Assembly: GCA_024679065.1 (NCBI GenBank)
Contig: JAGIQG010000001.1
Location: 119,722,001-119,786,000 of the forward strand
Length of the DNA: 64,000 nt
Source: Sphyrna mokarran
Taxonomy: Eukaryota
Direction: 5' to 3'
Shown here: piece after piece, positions 51,201 through 64,000 of the stretch
How positions within the stretch are numbered: position 1 is the stretch's first letter
How the letters are laid out: the number at the start of each line of letters is the position of its first letter
Position numbers and translations under genes: made by a program
The notes under the pieces: generated by a model
Told to the model about the DNA's origin: nothing
Database searches by the model: none
Seen by the model: the letters and a program-made list of their open reading frames with translations, nothing else

Positions 51201-54044
51201 TACCAAATGAACATGTTGGACCTTAACCTGGTATTGTGTGACTTCTTACTATGAACGTTATCAGTTGACAGACCTGGATATCACAGGCAATATTGCCTTT
51301 CTAGTTGAAGAATCGGAATGCTCCAAGACCCATCTTGAGAATAGCAATGCCAAGGTTGGATTTTACATCAGCTACAAGGAGATCAAAGCTGGTGATGACT
51401 GGATGGCAGCAATGTCTTGCCATCATCACCAGAAATCAGAACGCTGAGGACGTCACCAACCTCCTCTATTTCGGAAACAACATCTCTAGGGAGGATAATG
51501 TAAAGATCTTCATCCACATAAGAATCAGCAAAGCAGCATCAAGCTTTCAACTCACAGTGATGGCATACAATGAATAGGCAAAATGGACTCTGTCATTGCA
51601 TAACTATTGTTCTTCTACACCCAATTATTATATGAAGATAGGTTTTCTTTTCTGTTCAGCTGCTTGCCTTGAGTGAGTGTTACTATTTTGGATAGGGAAA
51701 GGGAAACATCACCAATCAAATTTGACTTGATGCCCACAATGGACTCCATTGCTTGAATGGTGGTGTTAACCTTTCAGAACACATCTTGCAGATTCTTTCT
51801 AGGATAACTGAAATGGGAAAGATCTGATGAAAGAGCCACAGAAATGAGGCTCAACTCGACTTCCTTCATTAGTGTAAGATTGGAGGATCAACATGCAGCA
51901 ACATGCTAATTTTAACAGCAACCGCTTGCCCATCAGAATTTCAATATCACTCTATCCCAAGTACGAGCCATTGTGATATTCCAGACCATGCACCAGCCCC
52001 ATTGCCGAGCTCGCAGTTTAAGCAAATTGCATTTGGGATGCACTGAATGTGAACAAAGCTTTTTAATCCTAACAAAAATGCAAAGTGAAACATAGTAATG
52101 CCCAAGTTCATGTGATGCACCTTCCAGGGCTGACTCAGACTAGCACTGGCCAAACTTAATTCCTCTTTGTCCCTAATGTGGCCTGGACATACTAGAAGGT
52201 TTTAATAAAATTGAAAAAATTGATATTTTGAAAGAAATTACCATAAAAAAGGAAGCTTCTGCATTCAAGACAGCACTTTTCTGCTGTAAGCCCAATTAGT
52301 AATCACCACAGAATTTATTCTGGTCTTAAATATTCATTTTTTTCATAGTTGTAGCACAGCGGATTTTTTTAATGCATGGCAAATAGCAATGGTGTGGCAT
52401 TACTAATTTTCTCTAACTTCAATTGTATTTGTTGAAAATTGATGAAATATAAATAAAAAGGAACACATTCATGATATTGATTTTTAAATTATTCTTCATT
52501 TTCTGTGAACGAAAAGAGCCAGAAAATTCAATATTATATCTCAACTAATTATTTATAACAACTTTCTGACACACACATCAACACTAGGAATTTGGAGTTG
52601 GACTGATTTTCTATCCATAATTCTTATGGTCTGAAAGTGACAAAATGGAGGTGTTGCTTGATGAAAGGTTCAATCAACTGTTCTGGTTTCTGAACTATTG
52701 TGAAAGTTTTTCTTAATTCCTCCAAAGGCTTGTCTTGATCAATTCTCCCAATCATCCAATTTGAAAAGAATGATTATTTTCCCAAGGACATAAATAATAA
52801 ACAATTATTATTTATGCTGTGGGCTGAAATCAGGATCTTTGTAGAAGTTGTTGATCAGCTTATTTTCCTCAGTTATGTCTAAGCTGCTCTCAACACGAGC
52901 ATTATATTGTTTCTGGTTTGCAATGATAAAATGTAAAATTTGGGGTTCAGTTTTGCCTCTCCCAGGAGACGACGTGGTTTGTGTGGGAAGCAGAGTGTAT
53001 ATAATATCACATAGTATCAAAATTGTGTGTAACAAACTGAATGAATTTTTCATGTCTATCATTGTTCCTACACTCGCAAAACACATATGAAAATTGCGCT
53101 TGAAGCAATTCAATATTCAGAAGGTTTCCAGGTGTTGTTTCTGTTTATTATTATTTTAATCTTCTCTGTATTAAATCCAGTAAAAACTTTTACTGCATTT
53201 TGCAGTGCCGTGTGTAGTTTGTGGCCAATATTGTGTTACATTTATGGAAACCCAATCCAAACAAATCTTATGGCTCACACTGTCTTCTCCCCAGAGTTTT
53301 GAAGAAATGTGCCTACAGCTATTATCGCATCTATCGACTCTCTAGGATTTAACTGGACCAGGCGCTGGTCCCAGGTGACTAGAAAATGACCTACATGGTG
53401 GCAAAGTTCAAGAAGGGTGAAAGCACTGAGACTGAGATTAGAGACCTGTCAGTCCCACTGATATGATAAAAGTGCAAAATGATATGTGACACACAATTCA
53501 ATGACTTTGATCAGGGAAAATGTTTACGAAATACATTACACATTCAGTAATTACACTTGCCATTGACAATACGTCTAGGTTTAAGAGTAATGAATAAATG
53601 GTACTACTTAATAATCTTATTTAGTAATTGATTTTTTAACACAATGCTTGCTATTTTGTATAAAAGTAAATCTAAAATACAAAACGTTCTGTCAGTGTGC
53701 CTGTCTTTAGATGCTGGAGAAATGAGTTCAAGCACTGGAATACATTGGAAAGAGAAGTATGGCTTTTCTATAGCAGCTAAGCTCTCAAAAGACAGCACCG
53801 CTATACTGAACGATTCCTGTGCATGGCACAAAAGTCAATCGTTTTAAGATTTCTGCATAAAATTAATATGAGCAATGAATATTCAACAATAGGATCAAAA
53901 TCAAAGTAAACAAACCAATTTTCCATTAAACTGATCCATTTGATAAATCAATTTTGTCTGTTAGATAGATTGCGAACACATACAAATGCAGGATCTATCA
54001 CATGCATAGATTTGGTTATTCATGCATCTGCCTGTCACTGTATC

Positions 54045-54220
54045 TAAAAGGCTAATATAGGTAGACAGATTTTTGATTGACAAGGGAGTCAAGGGTTATG
54101 GGGGTCAGGCGAGAAAATGACATTAAGACCACAATCAGATCAGCCATAATTTTATTAAATGATGGAGCAGGTTCAATGGGCTGAATGGCCTATTCCTGTT
54201 CATATTTCTTACGTTCTTAA
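54045..54220 (+). mobile_element. CR1 3' end fragment
   Basis: gtagacagatttttgattgacaagggagtcaagggttatgg..gggctgaatggcctattcctgttc. Confidence 0.8.
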
Positions 54221-55944
54221 GATGGACGTATGTAATTTTGCTCAGTAGAGCAAGCTGTAGATGGATGTTACTGAGTAAGAATAATTCAAAGTAAATTCCT
54301 GAGAGTGCAAGAGTATTTCCTCTGTAAAGAATTTTGTGGTCCTCTTTTACACTAGAAGTAAAAGGAGACCACAGACATTCTTTACATTTTTCTTTGTGTG
54401 CTTTTTAATTATCTAAACTTTGTTTGTGAAATGAAATACATATCCATGTATTATGGACAAATAGGAAAAAAAAACACATAACTTTTGGCTAGTCATACAA
54501 AGCCTGCATTTAATATTTTCCAAAAAATCTAATTTGCACATTGATATCTAACATATTCCAGATTTCTAAAAAGTCTGTTATTCTTTAAGATATCAAAACA
54601 GATTACAGTACTAATATCATCTTTAGAGTCTATAAAAAGCAATTTTTAAGTCACATCTAATTTTTCATGATGCAATGCAAAAGTACACTGGATATTTTTG
54701 AGCGATTGTTCAAATAATTTCCCATTAAGGATATCAGTCATTGGCACTCTAAATGTGGACTTACTGGAATCTCCTGCCTCTATGTAGTTTACCCTTGCAT
54801 CCTGAACCAAACCAACTATGGAGGAGATTTTGAGGTTTTCCAAATACCCAAAATGGAACATTTGCACCATGAAAATGGTGGAAAATACCTTATCACTTCT
54901 TCCTGTCATTATTATACCACTTTTTGTTTTGCTGAGTTCTCTAAATAGGCAACAATGCTAATTTTGCGATTTATGTAAGAGTCCTATACAGTTGTTAGCA
55001 CCTAGAGAGCAGTTCTGGATTGAACTGGGCAGAGAATGCACCATTCACACTTTGCCCAGTATTAGCTGTAGCCTGCCCAAAGAAGGGTAATGTAAGAGTA
55101 AATGTAAGCACTTCTTTATTTCTGTGTCGCCTGTAGAGGCAAAATCATTCTATCAGGCTCCACAAAATCAATCCAGATTGGTACCCCTCTGAGTTCCTAC
55201 GCTCCCAAGATTGAAGTGACCCAGCACCCAAACCAAATGTAATTAAGTTCTTCCGGCTAGGCTGCTTGAGCATATGATGGCCCAGAGCCAGAGTGTTGCC
55301 ATGGGTACCTTGATTTGCGCTCACAGTCCACCACAGACAATGCTAATGAGAACCAGGCCTCAGAAATGGAGCAGGCCATGCTGGGGTATTATGTCAGCCA
55401 GCCACTCATGACTCTTTGGCAAGAACTATCGACCTCTCTGTTTTGTTCTTCATTGACATTAGGTGGAGTCAGAAAACATGTTAGGAAATACAAACAAAAT
55501 CTTTGGCCATTCCAAACAGAAAAGCCACAGGGTAAACCACAGAGCCCTGATAATTTTCATTCTTCTCTGTCGTTTAGTTATTCAACACTTTCAATATTTC
55601 CAGATCAAAACAGCAGGAAATATTTTTTGACATGAACGTTCAAAATAAAATACAAATTATAAAGATTTACTCTGAGTCGCTCCCATGCATCCATTTTCTC
55701 TTAGCTATATCTGTGTTTTGTCTTAATGTAACTGCTTGTAGTTGTGAGGCATCTAGTAAATATATAGTGTGGAGGAGTTTTGCTCTGAGAAAGCTGAAGT
55801 GCTTATGCATTATCTGGGCCTGATGTTACAACCAAACAAAATTAAAATTCAAAAGATGTTCCTAAATACATTTCTCTAGCAATCTTATTCCCAACCGTTT
55901 TCCACTGCAAGATTTGAAATCAAAGTTTTGGCATAAAAATATAA

Positions 55945-56252
55945 GGATATAAGAAATAGGAACATGAGTAGGCCATCTAGCCCTTGAACTTGCTCCAGCA
56001 TTCAATAAAATCATGGCTGATCTTTTCGTGGATTCAGCTCCACTTACCCCCCTGCTCACCACAGCCCTTAATTCCTTAACTGTTCAAAAATTTATCTATC
56101 TTTGCCTTAAAAACATTCAACTGGGTAGCCTCAATTGTTTCACTGAGCAGGGAATTCCACAGATTCATAATCTTTTGGGTGAAGAAGTTCTTCCTCGACT
56201 CAGTCCTAAGTCTGCTCCCCCTTATTTTGAGGCCACACTCCGCTAGTTCTAA
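55945..56252 (-). mobile_element. CR1 3' end fragment
   Basis: ORF 56076-56285(-): LKIRGSRLRTESRKNFFTQKIMNLWNSL..FKAKIDKFL. Confidence 0.88.
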
Positions 56253-58754
56253 TTCTGCACTGTGGATGGCCAAATTCACAGCCAATTCAAAAATAAATTG
56301 TAGAACCTGTGTGTGTTTGGAATTTGTGGCTTTGAGTTTCCTTTATTCACTGTAATGGGTCATAACTTTGTTGAACTCACAGGACAAGATCCTCTATATT
56401 CTTTAATGGTCAAAAGTAGAACATTTCAGATACAGAAAATGCATTTGAATGGGCAAGAGTAAAACTTTTGTTCCAGATATTGCAATTATTTAGGCCTCTA
56501 TTATGATACAAAGCTGAATCTGGTCGCAATGAGCTCTTGAAACAGATTTTCATGATTGAAGTGAGTAGCTTGAGTCAGGTTATTTTGCATTAAAAAGCCT
56601 TGTTATCTCCTGGAGGAAAAATTAGGTATAGGTGTGAAAGAGAAATGTTGATCCTAGAAGCAGATTGTAGGCAACCTTGGTGATTGCCAAGGCAAGCTGG
56701 TTAGAAGGCCCACTCTGGTTGTCACGGACTTTGTTCCTGGTATATTAAAAGTGCTTCAATTCTTCAGGTCTCACCTCTCACACTCTTACCCCTAAACTCA
56801 CTCCCCATGCCATTTCCATGATCCTTCCATGACACCCTTATGCCACCATACCACTGCCATGCCCATTAATCCATATACACGATGTACAGAACCTATGAGA
56901 CATATCATAACAATGGCATATGTTGAAATGTTGAGGTGAATAAAAAAATTCAGGAATGTGCTTGAAAAAAAACTGCTCTTCCTACAGTCCTTTAAAATTG
57001 TTAATCGGACAGGGCCATTATGGTATCACTAAAAGGAGTTTTGTCTATTTTAACCTTTTAATCTTATCCAAATAAACAAGATAGAATTTGATAATCCTCT
57101 TGCGATGGGGATAAGGCTATAAAATGCAGTGAGCCGTCCACAACTTGATCAACTTTGGTGAAACAGAAAGATCCCACCAGTGGGAGGGGCTATAAAATTC
57201 CATCCATAGACATTGACAAAAGAGATCACACCAAAGAATAATTTATTATAACTCATAAAAATATAATTCAGCAGCAACAGATAATCAGGCATCTGGTTCC
57301 CTATCTTGGCTCATTAGGAATACTTGGCTGAAGTCCAAAACTCACAAATGCATTAGTTCAGCAGGCATTTGTTTAGCAAACTGAAGTGGAGTATTTTCTT
57401 TGCTTTGTTTACTTTTTTTGAAGTTGTAATAAGTTGACATTCCACGATCTTTCTTATCAATCGATATACATATGTTTATTTTGACAAGATTTAGTGGTGT
57501 TAATAAGTTAGTAAAAATTATTTTTCTGTTATAATGATGGTCTCATTTGATTGATATTTTATAGGGTTGTAGGAGCAGCAGACTTTTTCAAAGCAGTTTG
57601 CTGAATGGACATTGTTTTCCCTCAAAATTTCAACAATTGTTACTTTCATTATATGATTTATTGACTCCTAATATGATGCATACTGGGTGAATGGGCATGG
57701 AGGTGACATGGAACCTGTTGGTAACATGGAGATCATAGATGTGGAATATGGGCATGGTATAAATATTTAAACCTAACTTTCCAAGTGTTCATAAATCCAA
57801 AGGATAATTCAATACCCTTCTGAGTGCCTGCAAACAATGCGTTGTCCAGAAAGTGCATCAATTCTATGAAGATTGTGTGGGACTATGAGATGTCTAACCT
57901 AGCAATGGAGCTGGCAGGATCCATTGCTAGGTTCCTAGGTGTGGGCTCACTACTTATACTATTATCCAGCATGAATGAAAGGTGCAGGAGCAGAAGTCGA
58001 GGATTTGGATCCTGCAGGCTATTTTCAAATGCCTCTGCTGTCAGCCCAACTCCACAGAAATCTGAACCGGACAATTGGGACTAGCTTAATGATTAAAAAC
58101 TGGGCCACATGACAAGTTGGGCCAAAAGGTTTGTTTCTAGGCTGTAAATCTCTGTTTGATTCATTTTTCCCAGGGGCATTTAATAGATTCTTATTGTTGA
58201 TTGTCCACTTGTTTTGCTTCATGTTCCTGTTCTTTTCAGTTGTGAATTTTACATGTCAGATTTAGATTAAAAATTATTTTTTACATGTTGGATTTTTCAA
58301 ATAAAATATATTCACATATAGTTTTTAAGAATCACTGAGGTGGTATGATAGCATTCATCTGTGTTGGGCTGGATTCTATGTTCAGTGGCAAAGCAATGGC
58401 TCACACCACTGACTTTGAAGAAAGCAGCCCATGGTGATATAGTGATCTCTGTAGCATGGAGTTGCCATTCTTCAATGCATCTTAAATCTGGTGCTAAATC
58501 AATGGCATCTCCAGAGTCCAGCAGCCATGACACCAACAAACAGGATACGCAGCCAATCCCATGAAATAATTCATACAGACATCAAAACAGGAAGTGAAAA
58601 GTGCTATCTTTCACTTCAGATTTAAATGTTTGTTTTGCCAAATATGTAATTATGATTGCATTAAAATGGAAGTGAAAGTATCATAAACAAACTTTAATTT
58701 AAAAAAATGAGCAATTTATCCAAATAGAGTCATTTGGCACTCCACAGAAATATT

Positions 58755-59150
58755 TTTTTTAATTCATGGGACGTAGACATTGCTGGCTGATCAGCATTTA
58801 TTACCCAATCCTAGCTGCCCAAGTCACTCTACGTTTCCAATGCTGCCCGTTGATCATGATTCTGGCATTGGACTGGGGTGGGCACAGTAAGAAGTGTGGC
58901 TCTAGAATCATATGTAGACCAGACCAGGTAAGGACAGCAGATTTCCTTCCCTAAAGGATGTTAGTGAATCAGATGGGTTTTTCCAACAATTGACAATGGC
59001 CTCATGGTCATCAGTAGATTCTTAATTCCAGATTTTTTTATTGGGTGTAAAATTCCACCACCTGCTGTGGTGGGATTCAAACCCAGGTATCCAGAACATT
59101 AGCTAAGTTTCTGGAATAATCGTCTAACGATAATACCTCTTGGCCATCTC
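58755..59150 (-). mobile_element. Family B SINE with an internal ~45-bp PLE terminal fragment
   Basis: aattcatgggacgtagacattgctggc ... gaccaggtaaggacagcagatttccttccctaaagg ... gggattcaaacccagg; interrupted at about 58850-58895 by tggcattggactggggtgggcacagtaagaagt. Confidence 0.82.
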
Positions 59151-59845
59151 TTCACCAAAGTATAAAGGCAAGTGAGGCTATAGTTGGAATTTATAAAGAT
59201 ATTATACTTAATTCAATTCGGTGAAACTAGGTTTTAAATGATGTCCTTTTTTCAAAAGTTTTGTGACAGTGACAGCAAATGTGACAGTGTAAAATGGAAG
59301 TTTTCATCAATGTACTGATTACATGGGATTCCAGTCTCGGGGAACCTCAACAATCACCCTCTGGAGGAGTGTAGAAATACTCACAGCATTGTCTTTCCAC
59401 ATTATTCCATGTATGTGTAGACTCATGGTTACAGACAAGTTTGACACAAACTCAAACAGTTTGACTCAACTCAGCAAAATCTCCCTAAGCTGTAATCTGG
59501 TGCAATGGATTATTGTTTATAAAATCTATCACTTTTTGATATTATGACATTACATGGCCAGCAATATAACACTATCCTTATCAAATGATTAGGGTGTTTA
59601 TTTTCCCGATAGGGGCTGTAAATGATAAGAAAGTTATTGGACTGTTACATTAAGCAGTAAACATTTCATACCAATTGTATTGTAACATGTCAGGTCTGAG
59701 GTACATGGCAAAGTTGACCAAACGGACTTTGCCTTCTGACTGCAAACAGAGAATGATAAAAACAGTGTAGAATGACATAGGAGGAGAGGTGAGGCTCTGG
59801 AATCTCCTACATTGAAGGAGATGTTGTGAAAGGAGGCCAAAATGG

Positions 59846-60185
59846 TAAGAACGTACAAGAATAGAAGCAGGAAAAAGCCATTTGGCTTTTGGGCATGCTC
59901 TGTCATTTAATAATAAGATTACGGTTGAAATTCTACATCAATGCCATTGTCCTGCCTATTTCCATAGTCCCTTGATTCCCTTAGTGACCAAAAATCTACC
60001 AATCTCAACCTTGAATATAATCAACTGAGCAACCATATCCTTTTGGGATAGAGTATTCCAAAGAATCACAACTCTCTGAGTAAAGGGATTTCTCTTCATC
60101 TCACCATGAATGCTTGATCCCTTATGCTGAGACTGCAATCTCTAGGTCTAGACTCCCTCAGCCAAAGAAAACATCCTCTCACAAG
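59846..60185 (-). mobile_element. CR1 3' end fragment
   Basis: EMKRNPFTQRVVILWNTLSQ..FKVEIGRFLVTKGIKG. Confidence 0.85.
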
Positions 60186-60188
60186 TTA

Positions 60189-60839
60189 GGGAGCAATTCT
60201 CTGAGGCTGCTAGCAGGCTGCCCCCAGATCTCCCATCTGCATGGTCAGCCCTGATCGCGGGCCTCTGTCCCTCTCCCTGACTCCCACTGATCCTGACTGC
60301 AGAGTGGATGCCGGATCCCCCTAGCCCCATCGATCGTCCTCCCAGAGTTCCCGCCGTATTAGGCCATGCACCTTGGCACTCTCCCATGCTAGATGGGCAA
60401 TGTTAAGATGTGCCTTGGGCATTGGCCTTTTGCTGTTTGGGCAGTGACAGGAGGCTAAGGCTGAAACTGCCAAGGTGCCAATGCTCAGATAGGTGCCCAA
60501 TTTGTGGTGGGGCTTGATTGTCCCCTCCTTCCACTCCGGCAGGGTCGGGCCATTAGCTCCCTGCAAGTGGGAAGCTGCTGTGAACCTTGCTGGAGTGAAC
60601 CACTCCTGGCAGAGGGGTGGGGGTGTTTGGAGTGTAGGCCCAGAGATTTCAGTCCTGGTTCCACTAATTATATTTAAATTATATTGAAATTAAGATTTAC
60701 ATAAATTATGCTATTCTGCGCCAATTTCCAATGTGGTGCTGGGAGCCATGCTAAGGTTCTCGCAAAATGGCCCCCGATAGTGATTCCTGGTCTGCAATGC
60801 TAAAAAAAAAGCAGCATAAAGAGACGGGAGAATCAACCC
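60189..60839. mobile_element. GC-rich non-autonomous TIR element
   Basis: gggagcaattctc ... gagaatcaaccc termini; abrupt rise in GC; abuts a CR1 fragment. Confidence 0.6.
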
Positions 60840-61485
60840 ATGAAGTTCATGGGATCAATGAGAAGTTTTGCAGGCAAGAAAAAAAAGCCATTAGAAAAAA
60901 ATGGCATTAGGGTCAGAGACATGAAAAAATGCAGTGCTAAAAAATGGGGTCAGACAAAGTAGGTGTGGTGAAGAGGAAGCACTTCAAGCTTATTGAGCAT
61001 GAACTGATTGCATCAACAATGAACTCTTATCCACTTGGAGCTGTCAGTCAGAAAGGCTTCTAGCAATTAATGAAGCACCAGTTCCTTGTGTAAACAAACC
61101 TCATCTGAACCCCTCTCTGAGTTGCTCTGCAGCTCTCAATCAAAGCAATTCAAAGAGGTTTGAGGGCTTATTCAAACTAGAAAGGAAAATCACCCTTGTG
61201 AAAATGAACATGCCAGTTGAAGAAGGGAAAGCGTTAATGAATTTAATGATTTTTGTACCTAGCATATATCACAAACATAAACCTTCGTCATGGCTGATCT
61301 CCTCAAGCTTATACTGCTTCTGGTATCAATATATATTAATTATTCATGTTTTCCTTACTTGTTCATGTCTTTCATTCTTTAACTTTCATTTTCATAAAGA
61401 CAGATAGTTAAATGTGAATGTTATTTCACAGACATTGCAAATCTTACCTGTTTGTATTAGCTAAACATAGTTAAACAACTGTAGA

Positions 61486-61887
61486 TGTTAGAGTGCGATA
61501 ACGGCTATTTGACAAGAGGACTCCTGCTGGGATGCCACGACCACACAAGTTACTTCAATGAAGAAGCTGTCGAAGTCACTGGAAAAACTGTGAGTTATGA
61601 CTGTACTGATGACTGCGTTGTGACTGAAACTACCAGATGAACTGTGGGTCCTGGCTGAAGCTGGGGATTGTATTGTGACTGGAGTCGGAAGCGTTGTGGT
61701 CCTGACTATATCAGAGTTTGCATCGTGAGTGGTGCTGGGAACCATGATATATAACTACCCACACTTACTTATGTTCACAGAGAAACTTGGTAAATTGCTG
61801 TTAAGTGCCAGTTCTCTCCCAGGAGCTTTTGTAATAAAAACCACTGTACTTTGACTCAGTAACAGTCTAACAGTTCACTCATTAACA
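61486..61887 (+). mobile_element. Candidate solo LTR (BEL/Pao- or Gypsy-like)
   Basis: TGTTA...TAACA termini, TATATAA at about 61748, AATAAA at 61833, more GC/CpG-rich than the flanks. No clean TSD (gtaga vs gtgtt), and the right end is ambiguous. Confidence 0.5.
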
Positions 61888-63224
61888 GTGTTAATTAAGT
61901 GTTCTTTTACCTACAATACTCATTCAAAGCAGTTATAAGAGCTTTCTGAGCAGCTGGGGCTCATGAGAGAAAGCAAGGAGGTCTTTCACACCTACCTCAT
62001 ATTAAATTGATCTTTCTCTACAGATTTTTCTCTAGTTATGGCTGTAATACTACATTCTGCACTCTCTCTTTTCCTTCTCAATGTACAGCATGCTTTGCCT
62101 GTATAGCATGCAAGGAACTACTTTTTACTTTATGCTAATACCTAATGCAATAATAAATCAAATCAAATTCCCAGTGAAACTGATATCTCTTGTCACTCAA
62201 AGCACTTCAAAGAGATCTGGTAACACCTAGGGCTTCTGAAATCAACTAAGAAATTCCTATTGTTGTGATTTCTAAGGCTTCCAGGTGTTCAGAGGACATG
62301 AATTTTAATGAGACTAGGCCAGTTCAAAGATTTTATAGAACGCAGATAATAATAAAGATTTTTTTTGAACCAGACAACTGCCTGAAATCTTTATTCTAAG
62401 GATGATTTCCACATTTTCCAGAGCAACAAGGAGAAGTCCATTCATGAGCGCTCCATCCTGAGCGAGAATCCTGAGGTCAACCCCTTCCATCCAGTCCAAG
62501 CTGCCCTCAAACCCAATGTCAGTTGAGGAACCCTCACACTACAGCCTGGCAAGGAAAATAAGTTGTTGTTGGGGGAGGGGGCAGGGACATCTCTGGAGGC
62601 CGTTGAACCAAGCTTCCAGCCGCTAATTGTGTTACAATTTATTTAAATCAATTGTACTCAGGTTCTACCTTACTCTGGATGAGATGCTGAGTAGCAGACT
62701 AGGAGACTCACAACAGGTTTGATGCCTGGCAAGAATCCTGATTTGAACCTCACGCCCAATTCTCTAGGGTAACTCTCCCTCCTTGTGTGGGGAGTGTGTC
62801 TTCCAATGATTAGATGAGATTGGAAACTCATGAAGCTTTCTATATGCTAATCTATATCTCTTTGCTTCATTATAAACAAACTTCAAACCCTAATGTCTAC
62901 TCTAACATTCCTGTGCTATGTACAATTTCTGAACGATACCTCACTCTGTTATGGCCAGGTATAAAAGATAGAAACTTATGATGGAGTTGTCGTGGGGAAA
63001 ATTACAGGTTTGAGTCAGTTATGCCATATATGTTAAATATATATAGTGTGTAGAATATCTAATTAGTCAAGTGATTAACACAATTTTTGGGGAGTAATTC
63101 AGTTATGGCTTCAATAATTTTTTTGCTGTTCCTCTTACGGTAGAGATTGTCAGAAATAAATCCACAGTTATAACTTCAAAAGACTGGTCTTCTAAAAGAT
63201 TGAATATGAAATGCTTCCTGCATT

Positions 63225-63390
63225 AGAAGTTCAAAGATGTGCGAGTTAGGTGGATTGGTCATGCTAAGTTAACCCAAGTGTTGGGGAGTTAGCAAGGGAA
63301 ATACGTGGGGTTACCAGAACAGGGCCTGGGTGGGATTGTGGCTAGTGCAGACTCCTTCTGCACCATAGGGTTTCTATGATTCTATGATTA
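63225..63390 (+). mobile_element. HE1-type SINE, 3' half
   Basis: caaagatgtgcgagttaggtggattggtcatgctaa ... tttctatgattctatga tail. Confidence 0.85.
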
Positions 63391-64000
63391 ATGTGAGACT
63401 GGATTATTCTTCCTTCAGTTGTTCATGTGGGACATTTTCTCAGTTATGAAGTTGTTGAATACCACCTCAGTCACACTGCCAGCGTCAGTGGGATTCGCAC
63501 CAATTTTCCCACTGGTGGCAGCACTTAGATTTCATTCAGGAGAATCATAGTCATAACCTCCCATTGTACTAAATGTCAAAAAATATCGGCTTATTCTCAG
63601 TCTCTCTTTATAGTACAATCTCCTTACCCGAAGAATCAATTAAGTCAGGAAATTGAGCATTAACGGCCAAGTTAAGAGCCCTAATTTAGGCCTTGGACAG
63701 GCAACTCGCCCGACACCTCCCCCTCTTTCCATAAAATAGTGCTGGGCCAGTGATGGATGGAAAGGTGTGCCACTGATGGCACAACACCCTAATTTCACCA
63801 TCTATTTTCCCAGCTAGGTTCTGTTGTAGCACACCTTGGATTCATTTGAGTTTACCAGAGTCTGTTCTGCCTCAGCATAATTTCACCTCATAATAAAACC
63901 CAACCAAACATGCCAAAAACCACATAGATTTCCATTCCTTGATTCAGAAGCAAGGGTTGCTTGTTTGTTAACTAATCCTCTGCACATTGTTGTTGTTAGC

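Larger units (their letters stand above)
50094..51253. mobile_element. Penelope-like element (PLE): two partial copies in inverted orientation with GIY-YIG C-terminus, flanked by a 14-bp TSD
   Basis: About 50130-50683 is the reverse complement of about 50700-51250. ORF 50434-50661(-) MNEH..GEHFSGHKHSVSDLQVDVLQ..EQNLIAKFRIHENGLNRDLGF is a PLE GIY-YIG tail; a YIG-like remnant (acattgggaagac) lies at about 50686. Flanks aacattatcagttg (50080-50093) and aacgttatcagttg (51254-51267). Confidence 0.92.
49880..51590. mobile_element. Decayed RTE-clade LINE fragments hosting the PLE insertion
   Basis: Joining the flanks across the TSD gives GDFGIPLQHYQ|LTDLDITGNIAFLVE..AKVGFYIS.. and later YFGNNIS..IRISKAASSF (decayed DLDFADDIALL / YLGS / RIGKA). 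49880-50040 looks like an RTE 3' end in the opposite orientation. Confidence 0.65.

Noticed and set aside
51823-51860. CTGATGA followed by a GAGCC..GGCTC stem, resembling a hammerhead
   Set aside because: No GAAA after the stem and no convincing stems I/III; at most a very old remnant.
54646-54909. Possible minus-strand exon ending at CCA|GTAAGT (about 54764)
   Set aside because: Weak, ambiguous acceptors and no recognisable peptide.
61488-61745. Ser/Thr-rich, mucin-like 85-aa ORF
   Set aside because: Antisense to the U3 part of a candidate solo LTR, whose tgact-rich composition explains it; no good splice context.

Overview
AT-rich vertebrate nuclear DNA, almost certainly from a cartilaginous fish (shark), judged from HE1-type tRNA SINEs, a HER1/CR1 LINE and Penelope-like elements. 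I found no multi-exon host protein-coding gene; the window reads as a large intron or gene desert. It is a mosaic of transposon fossils: one young 5'-truncated CR1/HER1 (35831-37356), decayed CR1, L2 and RTE LINEs, a decayed Gypsy internal region, two candidate solo LTRs, PIF/Harbinger transposase and Myb/SANT remnants with many related MITEs, and Penelope-like elements carrying degenerate hammerhead ribozymes. Repeat-free, CpG-retaining blocks between them look like conserved non-coding elements. The most interesting observations are (i) a 1.16 kb head-to-head Penelope palindrome with a 14-bp target-site duplication and two hammerhead cores sharing the same lesion, (ii) two cases where nearby unique DNA has been copied into the middle of an older transposon, and (iii) a candidate 39-nt minus-strand small exon inside a CNE-like block. 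I see no convincing evidence of a wholly new multi-gene system. Family names are from motif recognition by eye, not database searches, and boundaries of decayed repeats are approximate.
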